From an uncultured delta proteobacterium (GTDB lineage Bacteria > Myxococcota > Kuafuiibacteriia > Kuafuiibacteriales > Kuafuiibacteriaceae): a stretch of DNA of 64,000 nucleotides. How positions within the stretch are numbered: the first letter of the stretch is position 1; every line of letters starts with the position of its first letter. The stretch lies in the NCBI GenBank assembly GCA_963803435.1, contig CAWDML010000001.1, positions 1,312,001 to 1,376,000 of the forward strand. Direction: 5' to 3'. The notes under the pieces are model-generated. The model did not search any database and was not told where the DNA came from. It saw nothing but the letters and a program-made list of their open reading frames with translations. Shown piece by piece: positions 10,475 through 21,525 of this stretch. The position numbers were made by a program, and so were the translations under genes.

Positions 10475-12802
10475 ATGGTCGGTCGCATCATGCTCGCCGG
10501 CGTTGGTGACGCGCTGGTCCAGGCGGTCACCGCGAGCAGCGCATTCGACGGCGTCGGCGTCGAGGTCCACGAGAACGCAGAGGCGGCGCTGAGTCGACTG
10601 CGGAGCGCACCGCAGAGCGCAGGCGATCTGCTGGTCATCGGGCCGGCGGTGGAATCGCCGCTACGCATCGGGCAGCGGGCCCGCGGGATCGCCGGCGAGC
10701 TTTCGCTGCTCTTCCTCACGGAGCGCGGTGGGGAGGCCCCGCTGCGGGCGGCCGCCCTGGTCTCGCCGTTCGTCGGAAGCGACCTCGTCTGCATCTCGGT
10801 CGAGGACCGAGGCGCAGTGATCGAGCTGATCCTCAAGCAGCACGAGAAGGCGCGGCGATTGGCCCGTCATCGGACCACCACCGCGGTCGCGTCGTCGCTG
10901 CTCGACGCCGCCCCGAGCCGCGAGTCCGGCGTCGTGCTGGAGCAGCTCCTCGATCACGCGCCCATCGGCGTGCTGGTCGTCGATCCCGAGGGCCTGGTCC
11001 GCGCCTGGAACCCCAAGGCGACCGTCCTGTTCGGCGTGAAGGAGCAGCACGCGTTGGGCCGGCGGCTCACCGAGCTGATGCCCAGGGGAGAGGACGCGCG
11101 GCTCGACGATCTCCTCCAGCGCATCTTCGCCGGCCCCGACCCCACCGGCGAGCCGAAGTCGGACCCCGTCCTGCGGGCCGTGTTCGAGCTGCGCTCGAAG
11201 TCCGCGCAGTACGCGATGTTCACCATCTCGGGCCTGGGAGACCACGCCGCCCTGCGCGCGATGGTGCTGGTGCACGACGTTACCGAGCAGGTGCTGGTCC
11301 GCCGCGCCCTCGAGCACGCCGTTGAAGGCATCGCCCGCGTCGACGAGCGAGGCGCGCTCACGTCCGTGAACTCCGCCTATGCCGCGATCTACGGACGCCA
11401 CGCCGACGAGATGATCGGCGAGGACTGGGTCCACGGGATCCTCGCCGACGATCGTCCCCGTTTGGCGGCCGCCGAAGCGCGCATGCGCGCGGCTGGAAAG
11501 GCCGAGGTCGAGGTTCGTGGGATCCGGAGCGACGGATCCCCGTTCTACGCGCAGATGCTCCTGATCCCCTCGGTCGACGGTCATCATTGCTTCGCCAAAG
11601 ACGTCTCCCAGCAGAAGGAGATGCAGGCCAAGCTGCTGATCGCGGATCACATGACCTCGATCGGCACGCTGGCCGCCGGGGTGGCGCACGAGGTCAACAA
11701 CCCGCTCGCGTACGTGTCCGCGAACCTCGAGATGATGGCGGAGGAGGTGGTCGACGAAGGTCTGCGCGAGATGGTCGCCGAAGCGCGCGAGGGCGTGGAG
11801 CGGATCCGCCGGATCGTGTCGGACCTGAAGTCCTTCGCCCGGCCCGACGAGCGCAAGCCCGCGCTCATCGACGTCCGCGACGTGCTCGATCTGTGCGCGA
11901 AGATCGCGAACAACGAGATCAAGCATCGAGCGCGGCTGGTGAAGCGCTACGGCGAGGTACCGCGGGTCGCGGCCGACGAGGCGCAGCTGGGGCAGGTGTT
12001 CGTGAATCTGCTCGCCAACGCCGCGCGCGCCATCCCCGAGGGCCACGTCGCCGAGCACGAGATCCGGATCGTCACCGCCACCGAAGCCTCGGGACGATCA
12101 CTGGTCGAGATCCAGGACACCGGGGCCGGGATTCCTGCAGAGCACCTGCCGCGCATCTTCGAGCCCTTCTTCACCACGCGGCAGCTGGGGACGGGCATCG
12201 GGCTCGGGCTGTCGATCTGCCACGGCATCATCACCTCCCTCGGCGGAGAGATCACCGTGAGGAGTGCGATCGGTCGCGGGACCACCTTCCGCATCGCCCT
12301 CCCGGCGGCCGCCACCACCCCGGTCGAAGCCTCGACGCCTCAGGTCGCCTCGGTGGCGAGCGCCGTCAGCGGCACGGTCCTGGTGGTGGACGACGACCCC
12401 GGCGTCAGCGGATCCCTGAAGCGGATCCTGCGCGGTCACCGCGTCACGATCGCGCAGGGCGGCTCGGAAGCGCTGCGGATCCTGGAGACGGAGAGCTTCG
12501 ACGTGATCCTCTGCGACGTGATGATGCCAGACGTGACCGGGATGGAGGTCCACCGGGAGCTGGCCACCACGCGGCCGGACTGCCTCGAGCGGCTGGTGTT
12601 CATCACCGGGGGCGTCTTCACGCCTGCAGCCCGCCGATTCCTGGAGCAGGTGGCGAACGAGCGGGTCGAGAAGCCCTTCGACCTCCCTGCCATCCGAGCG
12701 CTGGTGACTCGCTATGTGGCCCGCTTCTCGCGCGAGTCATCGACCGCGCCCGAAGCGGGCGCGCAGCATCCGCTGCGTGGTCTCACCTCCGTTCCTCGAT
12801 AG
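10475..12802 (+). CDS. Cytoplasmic hybrid histidine kinase (degenerate REC-like N-terminus, 2 PAS, HisKA, HATPase, REC)
   Basis: PAS motifs (LDHAPIG..WNPKA; VNSAY..EMIG), AGVAHEVNNPL, QVFVNLLANA, DTGAGI, GIGLGLSIC, and REC VLVVDDD...CDVMMP...KPF. Confidence 0.93.
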   Translation: MVGRIMLAGVGDALVQAVTASSAFDGVGVEVHENAEAALSRLRSAPQSAGDLLVIGPAVESPLRIGQRARGIAGELSLLFLTERGGEAPLRAAALVSPFVGSDLVCISVEDRGAVIELILKQHEKARRLARHRTTTAVASSLLDAAPSRESGVVLEQLLDHAPIGVLVVDPEGLVRAWNPKATVLFGVKEQHALGRRLTELMPRGEDARLDDLLQRIFAGPDPTGEPKSDPVLRAVFELRSKSAQYAMFTISGLGDHAALRAMVLVHDVTEQVLVRRALEHAVEGIARVDERGALTSVNSAYAAIYGRHADEMIGEDWVHGILADDRPRLAAAEARMRAAGKAEVEVRGIRSDGSPFYAQMLLIPSVDGHHCFAKDVSQQKEMQAKLLIADHMTSIGTLAAGVAHEVNNPLAYVSANLEMMAEEVVDEGLREMVAEAREGVERIRRIVSDLKSFARPDERKPALIDVRDVLDLCAKIANNEIKHRARLVKRYGEVPRVAADEAQLGQVFVNLLANAARAIPEGHVAEHEIRIVTATEASGRSLVEIQDTGAGIPAEHLPRIFEPFFTTRQLGTGIGLGLSICHGIITSLGGEITVRSAIGRGTTFRIALPAAATTPVEASTPQVASVASAVSGTVLVVDDDPGVSGSLKRILRGHRVTIAQGGSEALRILETESFDVILCDVMMPDVTGMEVHRELATTRPDCLERLVFITGGVFTPAARRFLEQVANERVEKPFDLPAIRALVTRYVARFSRESSTAPEAGAQHPLRGLTSVPR

Positions 12803-13585
12803 CTCGAGCTTCTGCAGCTTCGGGAGCGCGCTGATCGAGATCCGGTCGAGCGCCTCCTGGCGGAGGAGCGGTGTGTAGATCCGGAGCTCCTCGAGCTCCG
12901 ACAGCGACAGCGTGCCGAGCCGGATCCTGCCTCCTCGCACGGTCAAGCGCTCGAGGTTCGGGAAGGCCTCACAGATGGACGCGACCTCCCGGTGCTCCGT
13001 CTGTGGATTGCCGGCGCCGAGGTCGCCCACGCACAGCGAGGTCAGGCGCAGCCGGCTCCGGGACAGGATCCGATACACGGGATCCATGTCGACGCGCCGT
13101 CCCACGCGCGGCCCGATGGTGAGATGCCGGAGAAAGCGCGTCGACTCGAGGTCCTCGAGGATCTCGAACACCCGCTCGAGGGAGACGCCGAGGCTGTCGC
13201 CCAGGGTGATCCGGATGCTCCGGACGAACCCGAGATACCACTCGGCCGACAGCGGTCCGAAGCGCAGGTCGCCGATGTAGTGCGGCGAAGCAGAGAACGC
13301 GGGAATGCGGCGGACCGAGATCGAGGTCTCCATCAGCGGTGCGAGCTCAGCCAGCAGCTCGGGATGTCGGGAGTGCAAGTTGAATTGCGCACGGCGAAGA
13401 TCGCTCCGGCGTGCGCCGGCGGCCTCGATCTCCTCCTTCTGGAGCACGATCAGCTCACCGCGAGGATCTCCCCGCGACAGCAGGAGATCCGCATAGACCA
13501 GGTAGCTCTCGGCATCGTCCGGACGGGAGCCGATCTGGTGCAGCAGCGCCAGCCCGGGGTCGTCGTCGATACCGGCGAACGACAC
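12737..13585 (-). CDS. TIGR02996-type domain protein with short LRR-like tail
   Basis: PDDAESYLVYADLLLSRGDPRGELI and WYLGFVRS, then LRR-like FPNLERLTV and LPKLQKLEL. Convergent 66-bp overlap with the kinase 3' end. Confidence 0.8.
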   Translation of the reverse strand: MSFAGIDDDPGLALLHQIGSRPDDAESYLVYADLLLSRGDPRGELIVLQKEEIEAAGARRSDLRRAQFNLHSRHPELLAELAPLMETSISVRRIPAFSASPHYIGDLRFGPLSAEWYLGFVRSIRITLGDSLGVSLERVFEILEDLESTRFLRHLTIGPRVGRRVDMDPVYRILSRSRLRLTSLCVGDLGAGNPQTEHREVASICEAFPNLERLTVRGGRIRLGTLSLSELEELRIYTPLLRQEALDRISISALPKLQKLELSRNGGETTQRMLRARFGRGR

Positions 13586-13601
13586 GCCCTCGATGGTACG
13601 A

Positions 13602-14585
13602 TCAGGAGGCCAACGCGCGATAGATCATGGGAAAGCTGGCGTCGAGGCGGTGGCTTGTCGATCGGTGACCGCCGTCGAACTCCTGGTGCACGTGATCGAT
13701 ACCGTGATCGCGCAGCTTCGCCGCGAAGGCCCGTGCGCCCCAATGGAGCTGGTGCTCGTCGTAACGGCCGCAGTCGAGGTAAACCAGCCTCATCCTCGAG
13801 AGCGCATCGCGATGCTCGGGCCGATCGAGCATGCGCACCGGATCCCACGCATACCAGCGCTCGAGCACCTCCCGATCGAGCGTTCCCCGCTCGAGATCGA
13901 ACGGGAGGCCGATGCCGAGGGGGGCACCCGCGTCAGGGCTGTAGGCGGCGCACATGGCCAGCACCATGATCGGGCCGAACCATCGGCCCTCCCTCTTGTT
14001 GGGCGCAGCGTCGAAGGCGGCGACGAAGGCCTCCAGGCTGCCGGCGTCCCGCACGGCGTTCATGAGGCGCGGAATGTCCGGGACCAGCGACAGCTCGAAG
14101 CCCATGTCGCCCGAGTGACACGCCACCGCCGAGAACAGCTCGGGGTGCCGCATCGCCTGCACGATCGCCCCGTATCCGCCCGACGACTTGCCGGCGATCG
14201 CGTGCGCGGAGATCGCGAAGCGATCCGCGACCCGCGGGATCAGCTCGCCGACGAGATAGCCCTCGTAGTCGCCCACCGCCGGCGAGCTCAGGTACTGGCA
14301 CCCACCCCACCGCGTGAAGGTGTCGGGGAGCGCGACGATCACCTTGCCTAGCTTTCCTTCGGTGCGGAGCCGAACGAGGCGCGCCTCCAGTCCCTCCTGC
14401 CACGGATCGTGCGACAGCAACGCACGCCCGACCCCCGCAAAACCTGCCAGCCACCAGATGCATGGGACCCGCTCACCGGCCGTGAGATCGTCCGGAACGA
14501 CCAAATGGAGCGCTCGTTCGGAGGGATCGCCCAGCGGATTGGCCCGAAGCGCGCGGGAATCGACGCGGAGCACCTCGACCGCCAT
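13602..14585 (-). CDS. Putative esterase (Fes/S-formylglutathione-hydrolase-like alpha/beta hydrolase)
   Basis: Start MAVEVL at ATG 14585. Motifs NPLGDP, GGCQYLSS, GKSSGGYGA, DCGRYDE and EFDGGH. Confidence 0.9.
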   Translation of the reverse strand: MAVEVLRVDSRALRANPLGDPSERALHLVVPDDLTAGERVPCIWWLAGFAGVGRALLSHDPWQEGLEARLVRLRTEGKLGKVIVALPDTFTRWGGCQYLSSPAVGDYEGYLVGELIPRVADRFAISAHAIAGKSSGGYGAIVQAMRHPELFSAVACHSGDMGFELSLVPDIPRLMNAVRDAGSLEAFVAAFDAAPNKREGRWFGPIMVLAMCAAYSPDAGAPLGIGLPFDLERGTLDREVLERWYAWDPVRMLDRPEHRDALSRMRLVYLDCGRYDEHQLHWGARAFAAKLRDHGIDHVHQEFDGGHRSTSHRLDASFPMIYRALAS

Positions 14586-14760
14586 AGTGCGGCAAGGTAT
14601 CATGAGAGCCGTCACACTGCTCGCCTGACCAGGAATTTTGACGCAGTTCCGGCTGTCGAACATAGATGAATGGAGGACCCAGACGTTTGTTCGGGTCCGT
14701 ATAGATCGAATGAAGGGGAGGCTTCCGAGGGGCACAGGCTTTCCACGAAGAGGAGGTTGA

Positions 14761-15078
14761 ATGACCCAGGCCACCACCGGCGCAATCGAGATGATGAGCG
14801 TCTTCATGATGCAGGAGCGCGCTCCGTCCCAAGAGGAGGCGGAGAAGATGCTCAAAGAGGCCAAGAAGGGGCGGAAGGGTTGGTTGGGGGGTCGCGTCGT
14901 TCCTCCGGGACGTTCCCAGAAGGGTCGTTTCCGGCTGATACAGGCGTTTTTCGAAGATGACGGCGGCGAGGTTCCAGCAGGGATGGCCCGCCTGAAGATT
15001 CCGGTCGGTGGGCAGATGATGCACGCCTACGGCATCTCACCGCAGCGCGTGAAGAAGATCCTGAGCAAGCTCGATTGA
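14761..15078 (+). CDS. Hypothetical 105-aa protein
   Basis: Strong SD (GAGGAGG) just upstream. Fills the gap between the esterase and gltA; no recognised motif. Confidence 0.7.
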   Translation: MTQATTGAIEMMSVFMMQERAPSQEEAEKMLKEAKKGRKGWLGGRVVPPGRSQKGRFRLIQAFFEDDGGEVPAGMARLKIPVGGQMMHAYGISPQRVKKILSKLD

Positions 15079-15097
15079 CCGAGTCTCGCCGGAGCTC

Positions 15098-16384
15098 TCA
15101 GCGCTCGTGCATGTGCAGATAGGATCGCCGGGCCTGGCCCGTGTAGATCTGGCGCGGGCGCGCGATCTTTTGCTCCTCGTCATCCACCAGCTCGAGCCAC
15201 TGTGCAAGCCAGCCTGCGGTTCGCGGGATCGCGAAGAGCACCGTGAAGAAGTCGGTCGGGAAGCCCATCGCGTCGTAGATGAGCCCTGAGTAGAAGTCGA
15301 CGTTCGGATACAGCTTCCGCTTCACGAAGTAGTCGTCCTGGAGCGCGATCCGCTCGAGCTCGAGCGCGACGTCCAGGAGCGGGTTCCGACCCGTCACCTC
15401 GAACACCTGATCGGCGAGCTTCTTGATGGTCTTGGCCCGCGGATCGTAGCTCTTGTAGACGCGGTGGCCGAAGCCCATGAGCCGGCCCTCGCCCGCCTTT
15501 ACCTTCTGGATGAACGCGGGCACGTTCGCCTTGGTCCCGATCTCCCACAACATGCGGAGCACGGCCTCGTTGGCGCCGCCGTGCAGCGGTCCGAAGAGCG
15601 CCGCGGCCGACGCCGCCACCGCCGAGTACGGGTCGACGTGCGAGGAGCCGACGCCCCGCATGGTGCTGGTGGAGCAGTTCTGCTCGTGGTCGGCGTGGAG
15701 GATGAAGAGGACGTCGAGCGCGTGCTCGAACACCGGATGCGGCGTGAACTTGGGCTCCGACATCCGCTTGATCATGGAGAGGAAGTTGCCTGCGTAGCTG
15801 AGCTCGTTGTCAGGATACACGTAGGGCAGGCCCCGGCTCTTGCGGTAGGACCAGGCCGCGATCGTCGGCATCTTGGCGATCATCCGGACGGTCTGCTTGG
15901 CACGGATCTGCTTGTCGAAGATCTTCCGGGCCTCCGGGTAGAAGGAGGACAGCGCGGCGATCGTCGAGATCAGGACGCACATCGGGTGCGCGTCGTACCG
16001 GAACCCCTCCATGAACTTGGCCACGTTCTCGTGGACGAACGTGTGGACCATGATCTCGTTGACCCAGGCCCGGTGCTGCTCGTGGTTGGGGAGCTCGCCG
16101 TGCTCGAGCAGATAGGCGACCTCGAGGAAGTTGGAGTGCTCCGCCAGCTCGTCGATCGGATAGCCGCGGTAATTGAGGATGCCCTTGTCGCCGTCGATGA
16201 ACGTGATCGCGCTCTTGCAGGCGGCCGTGTTTTGAAACGCCGGATCGTACGCCATCAGGCCGAAATCGTCCTCTTCGACTTTTATCTGCCGGAGGTCGAG
16301 CGCTCTGATCGTGCCTTCCGTGATCGGGAGCTCATAGCTCCGACCCGTACGATTGTCGGTTACGGTCAGGGACTCCTTGCCCAT
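15098..16384 (-). CDS. gltA: Citrate synthase
   Basis: Motifs ITFIDGDKGILNYRGY, HADHEQNCST, GPLHGGANE, GFGHRVYK and YPNVDFYSG. Confidence 0.98.
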   Translation of the reverse strand: MGKESLTVTDNRTGRSYELPITEGTIRALDLRQIKVEEDDFGLMAYDPAFQNTAACKSAITFIDGDKGILNYRGYPIDELAEHSNFLEVAYLLEHGELPNHEQHRAWVNEIMVHTFVHENVAKFMEGFRYDAHPMCVLISTIAALSSFYPEARKIFDKQIRAKQTVRMIAKMPTIAAWSYRKSRGLPYVYPDNELSYAGNFLSMIKRMSEPKFTPHPVFEHALDVLFILHADHEQNCSTSTMRGVGSSHVDPYSAVAASAAALFGPLHGGANEAVLRMLWEIGTKANVPAFIQKVKAGEGRLMGFGHRVYKSYDPRAKTIKKLADQVFEVTGRNPLLDVALELERIALQDDYFVKRKLYPNVDFYSGLIYDAMGFPTDFFTVLFAIPRTAGWLAQWLELVDDEEQKIARPRQIYTGQARRSYLHMHER

Positions 16385-16419
16385 GCTAGCCGGCCTCATC
16401 TCTTACCGCAGCCGCTGCG

Positions 16420-17025
16420 TCAACCCTCCGACTTGTGATCATCGGGGTTGAGAAGCACCTGCCACCGGGCCAGCACGTCAGCGCTCCCCGGGCCTCCGGA
16501 TTTCATCAGGGTTTCGAGCCTGGCGTGCAGCGCGTTCCGCGCCCGGGACAGGCGCTGCCGGAAGGCCGCGAACGAAATTCCGAGGATCTCGGCAGCTTCG
16601 GGGCCGGGCAGACCGTCGACGTACGTGACGAGCAGGGCCAGCTTCTCGTCGAGGCTCATCTCCTCCAGCGCCGCCAGCGCCAGCGCTTGCTGCTCGCGCC
16701 GCCCGAGCTGCTCCTCCTGGCTCGGCGCGTCCGACACCAGCACGTCGCCCGAGGTCAGGTCGTCGCTCTGATCGGACGGCCGGGGCCGGCGCTGGCGGGC
16801 TCGGGCGATCTCGAAGCCCACGTTCCGTGCGATCCCGAGCAGCCAAACCCTGGGCGAGCTGTCCCCTCGAAAGCGTTCGAGGTTCTCGAGGGCGCGCGTG
16901 AGCACGGTCTGCGTCCCGTCCTCGAGCTCGTCGGGGCGGAGCATCTTCGCGAGGTAACGGCGGATCATCGGGATGTGATCGGCGAGCTCGTGCTCGCTCA
17001 GCTTCGCCATCGTCCCAGATGCCAT
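16420..17025 (-). CDS. ECF RNA polymerase sigma factor
   Basis: Region 2 (FRGDSSPRVWLLGIARN) and region 4 (EAAEILGIS...RLSRAR). Confidence 0.88.
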   Translation of the reverse strand: MASGTMAKLSEHELADHIPMIRRYLAKMLRPDELEDGTQTVLTRALENLERFRGDSSPRVWLLGIARNVGFEIARARQRRPRPSDQSDDLTSGDVLVSDAPSQEEQLGRREQQALALAALEEMSLDEKLALLVTYVDGLPGPEAAEILGISFAAFRQRLSRARNALHARLETLMKSGGPGSADVLARWQVLLNPDDHKSEG

Positions 17026-17033
17026 ACCACTCC

Positions 17034-17062
17034 TTGACTCGTCAGCTCTAGATCGCTAACCC
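17034..17062 (+). promoter_or_regulatory. Sigma70-type promoter for the atp b'/b/delta genes
   Basis: TTGACT (17034-39), 17-nt spacer, TAACCC (17057-62), 8 nt before ATG 17071; no SD. The -10 match is imperfect. Confidence 0.5.
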
Positions 17063-17070
17063 ACGCCCGA

Positions 17071-17499
17071 ATGTCTCTGGACATCAACTTCACCTATATC
17101 CTCGTTCTCTCACTGTTCCTGGTTCCGGTCCTGCTCCTGAACGGGATCATATTCCGGCCGTTCCTCAAGCTCTTCGAGGAGCGGCACGAACAGCTGGAGG
17201 GGGCGGTCAAGCGCGCCGAGCAGATGCTCGATCAGGCGGAGGAGCGCGCCAGCACCTTTCAGAGCAAGATCCAGGTCGCCACCCAGCGCGGCATCGAGGC
17301 CCGCAACGCCCTCCGGACCCAGGCCGCGCGGGAGATGAGCGCACGCCTGGAGAAGGCGCGGCTCGAGCTGGCCAAGAAGACCGAGACCGCGCTGCACGAG
17401 CTGGAGAAGACGCGCCGCGAGGCGCTGGCCGACGTGATGGTGGAAGCCGAGCGGATCGCGCACGCGACGGCCTCGAAGATGCTCGGGCGAGGAGTGTGA
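17071..17499 (+). CDS. F0 ATP synthase subunit b'
   Basis: N-terminal TM (LDINFTYI...IIFRPFLKLFEER) plus coiled coil; precedes b and delta. Confidence 0.88.
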   Translation: MSLDINFTYILVLSLFLVPVLLLNGIIFRPFLKLFEERHEQLEGAVKRAEQMLDQAEERASTFQSKIQVATQRGIEARNALRTQAAREMSARLEKARLELAKKTETALHELEKTRREALADVMVEAERIAHATASKMLGRGV

Positions 17500-17500
17500 A

Positions 17501-17998
17501 ATGGAACATGAAGCGCACATCAACTGGTGGGTCCTCGGCAGCACGATCACCAACGCGATCCTATTCTTCGGATTCCTGGCGATGAAGCTGCGGCCGCACG
17601 TCTCGAACGGTCTGCTCGCTCGTCGCGAGAACATGGCGAAGCAGCTCGAGGAGGCGCGCACGCAGCAAGCCGAGGCGGAGCGCCGGCTCGAGGAGTACAA
17701 GGCGAAGCTCGAGAACCTCGAGGCCGAGGTCGCGCGCATCGTCCGGAGCTACGAGGCCGAGGCCGAGGCCGACAAGCAGCGCCTCACCGAGGAGACCGAC
17801 CGCGCGATGCTGAGGTTCGCGCGCGAGACCGAGTTCACGATCAGTCAAGAGGTGAAGAAGGCCGAGAAGGCGATCCGCGACGCCGCGGTCTCCGCCACGC
17901 TCGAGGCGGCCGAGCAGCTCCTCACCTCGAAGATCACATCAGACGATCGGCGACGCCTCGCCGACGAGTACATCCGCGATTTGGAGAAGGTGGCATGA
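17501..17998 (+). CDS. atpF: F0 ATP synthase subunit b
   Basis: TM (ITNAILFFGFL), coiled coil and C-terminal D..RLADEYI. Confidence 0.9.
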   Translation: MEHEAHINWWVLGSTITNAILFFGFLAMKLRPHVSNGLLARRENMAKQLEEARTQQAEAERRLEEYKAKLENLEAEVARIVRSYEAEAEADKQRLTEETDRAMLRFARETEFTISQEVKKAEKAIRDAAVSATLEAAEQLLTSKITSDDRRRLADEYIRDLEKVA

Positions 17999-18540
17999 CG
18001 CTCGCTTCACTCGCCTCGAGACGCTACGCCGAAGCGCTGATCGAAGCGGCGGGAGACGGCCTACCCCAGGCCTCCCGCGAGCTGCTGTCGTTCGCCGAGA
18101 TGGTCGAGAGCGCCGACGAGTTCCGACACGTCCTCCTCAACCCCGCGTTCAGCGTCGACGAGGAGCACAAGGCCCTCGAGGCCGTCATGGAGCGGCTCGG
18201 CGTGTCGGAGGTGGTGCGCCGCCTGCTCCGCCTGCTCGCCGCCCGCGAGCGCATGAGCGAGATCCGCGACATCGCCGAGACCGTGAAGCGCCTCTCCGAT
18301 GAGCGCGCCGGCCGCGTCCACGCGCGCGTCGAGACCGCCGAAGAGCTGGCCCCACCCGCCCTCGCGCGCCTCAAGTCCGCCGTCGAGAAGCGCACCGGCA
18401 AGACGGTCGACCTCGAGGTGATCGTCGACTCCACCCTCATCGGCGGCGTCCGCACGACCGTCGGTTCCACCGTCTTCGACGGCACGATCAAGACCGAGCT
18501 CTCACGCCTCCGCGAGATCCTCGCCGACGCCGACGGGTAG
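17995..18540 (+). CDS. atpH: F1 ATP synthase subunit delta
   Basis: ATGA overlap with atpF. Motifs SRRYAEAL, LLNPAFS and VDSTLIGGV...GSTVFDGTIK. Confidence 0.93.
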   Translation: MTLASLASRRYAEALIEAAGDGLPQASRELLSFAEMVESADEFRHVLLNPAFSVDEEHKALEAVMERLGVSEVVRRLLRLLAARERMSEIRDIAETVKRLSDERAGRVHARVETAEELAPPALARLKSAVEKRTGKTVDLEVIVDSTLIGGVRTTVGSTVFDGTIKTELSRLREILADADG

Positions 18541-18715
18541 GTCTGGCCGTCATCGGCGACGTGAAGTCGCCTGCGGCCCCACGGATTACGGTTCGGGCGC
18601 GGCTGCGAGGGACCTTGGGGAAGGCGACCGCCGCTCGTGAGTGAGGCCGCACTCGGGGCCCCACCCGAGGCAGCGCGTCGCCTCGGCGCGACGCACCAAG
18701 ATCCGTCGTGGCGCT

Positions 18716-19441
18716 CTACCGCATCCAGATCGCGAACATGATCGCGCCGGCGGCGCCCAGCACGGCGTACCCGAGCGGGCGGGCCGGCTTGGCGCGCCAC
18801 GCCCACCAGCGCTCGCGGCGGCGGATGAATCGGGGCGACGAGACGTAGTCCTGCCACGCGGACTCGCGGGCGGCGGCGGCGCCGGGCTCGTCGCCGAGGC
18901 CGGCCTTGGCGCGGGCGAGGAGCACCTTGCCCTCGATGGTGCTGTGCCGCTTCTCCACGAACGCCTCGAGCGCGGCCTTGGCCTGGTCGTACTGGCCGGC
19001 GGCCAGCAACCCGCGCCCGAGCTCCAGGTCGATCGCGCCCGTCCCGTAGTCGGGCTCGATCAGGCGGGCCTCCTCGAGCGCCGCCGCCCCGCGCTCGACC
19101 TGACCCGCACCGAGCAGCGCCACGCCGAGCAAGAAGTAGGTGCGCGCCGCCTCGTCCCCCTGCTCGACGTTGTAACGGAGGACCTCGGCGGCCTCGCGGT
19201 GGCGGCGGCGGGACAGGAGCAGGTCGGCGAGCTCGACGCGGGCCCGGCGGTCGTGCGGGTTGTGCGCGAGGGAGCGGCGGAGGCGCCCGATCCGGCGAAA
19301 ACGTCCGGCGATGCGCAGGGGATCCGGGAGGATGCCGAGGGTAAAGCGATCGACGGCGAGCCAGAAGACCAGGAGGATTCCGAGCGCCAGGATCGGGTTG
19401 CCAACGACAGCCGTCAGCAACATCCACTGGATCCACTTCAC
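18716..19441 (-). CDS. Membrane-anchored TPR protein
   Basis: N-terminal TM, NPHDRRARVELA, several TPR-like helices and a C-terminal hydrophobic segment. TAGGTT lies 9 nt upstream of the GTG. Confidence 0.82.
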   Translation of the reverse strand: MKWIQWMLLTAVVGNPILALGILLVFWLAVDRFTLGILPDPLRIAGRFRRIGRLRRSLAHNPHDRRARVELADLLLSRRRHREAAEVLRYNVEQGDEAARTYFLLGVALLGAGQVERGAAALEEARLIEPDYGTGAIDLELGRGLLAAGQYDQAKAALEAFVEKRHSTIEGKVLLARAKAGLGDEPGAAAARESAWQDYVSSPRFIRRRERWWAWRAKPARPLGYAVLGAAGAIMFAIWMR

Positions 19442-19523
19442 CGCCCGAAGAACCTAAGCGAAAACGGGTCGGTTTTTCCAGGTTGATCTCGCGATGATCG
19501 CTCTGCTAGTCGGCCGCACGGAC

Positions 19524-21098
<1,575 letters not shown>

Positions 21099-21102
21099 CC
21101 CG

Positions 21103-21522
21103 GTGCGCCTTGCGCTGGTCGCCTTGCTGCTGATCCCGAGTGCGTGCTCCTACCTCTTGCCGGCGACGTGGCGCGCGTTCCGGGCAGATCCGGACGACGC
21201 CGCGCCGGCGATCACCAAGGCCCTCGACGCGCGGCAGCTGTCGGTGGAGTCGTTCGATCAGGCGGGGAGAAAGATCGTCACCGGCTGGCAGGAGGCGAGC
21301 GACGGCGTCGACAAGACGCACGAGCGCTTCGTCATCACCTGGGAGCGGGACGACAAGGACGGCACGCTCACCATCTACGTCCGTCACGAGGCGCAAGACC
21401 AGGAGATGACCGACGGCCGCCCGACCTGGGGCGGCACCTACCACAACGGCGACAAGGAGACGGCGCTCCTGAATCAGATCACCAAAGAGCTCAAGGCGCT
21501 CGCCAAGCCGATGGATAGCTGA
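21103..21522 (+). CDS. Small hypothetical lipoprotein
   Basis: Signal ending SAC; IVTGW motif reminiscent of BamC/DUF3576-like lipoproteins. Confidence 0.7.
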   Translation: MRLALVALLLIPSACSYLLPATWRAFRADPDDAAPAITKALDARQLSVESFDQAGRKIVTGWQEASDGVDKTHERFVITWERDDKDGTLTIYVRHEAQDQEMTDGRPTWGGTYHNGDKETALLNQITKELKALAKPMDS

Positions 21523-21525
21523 GCC

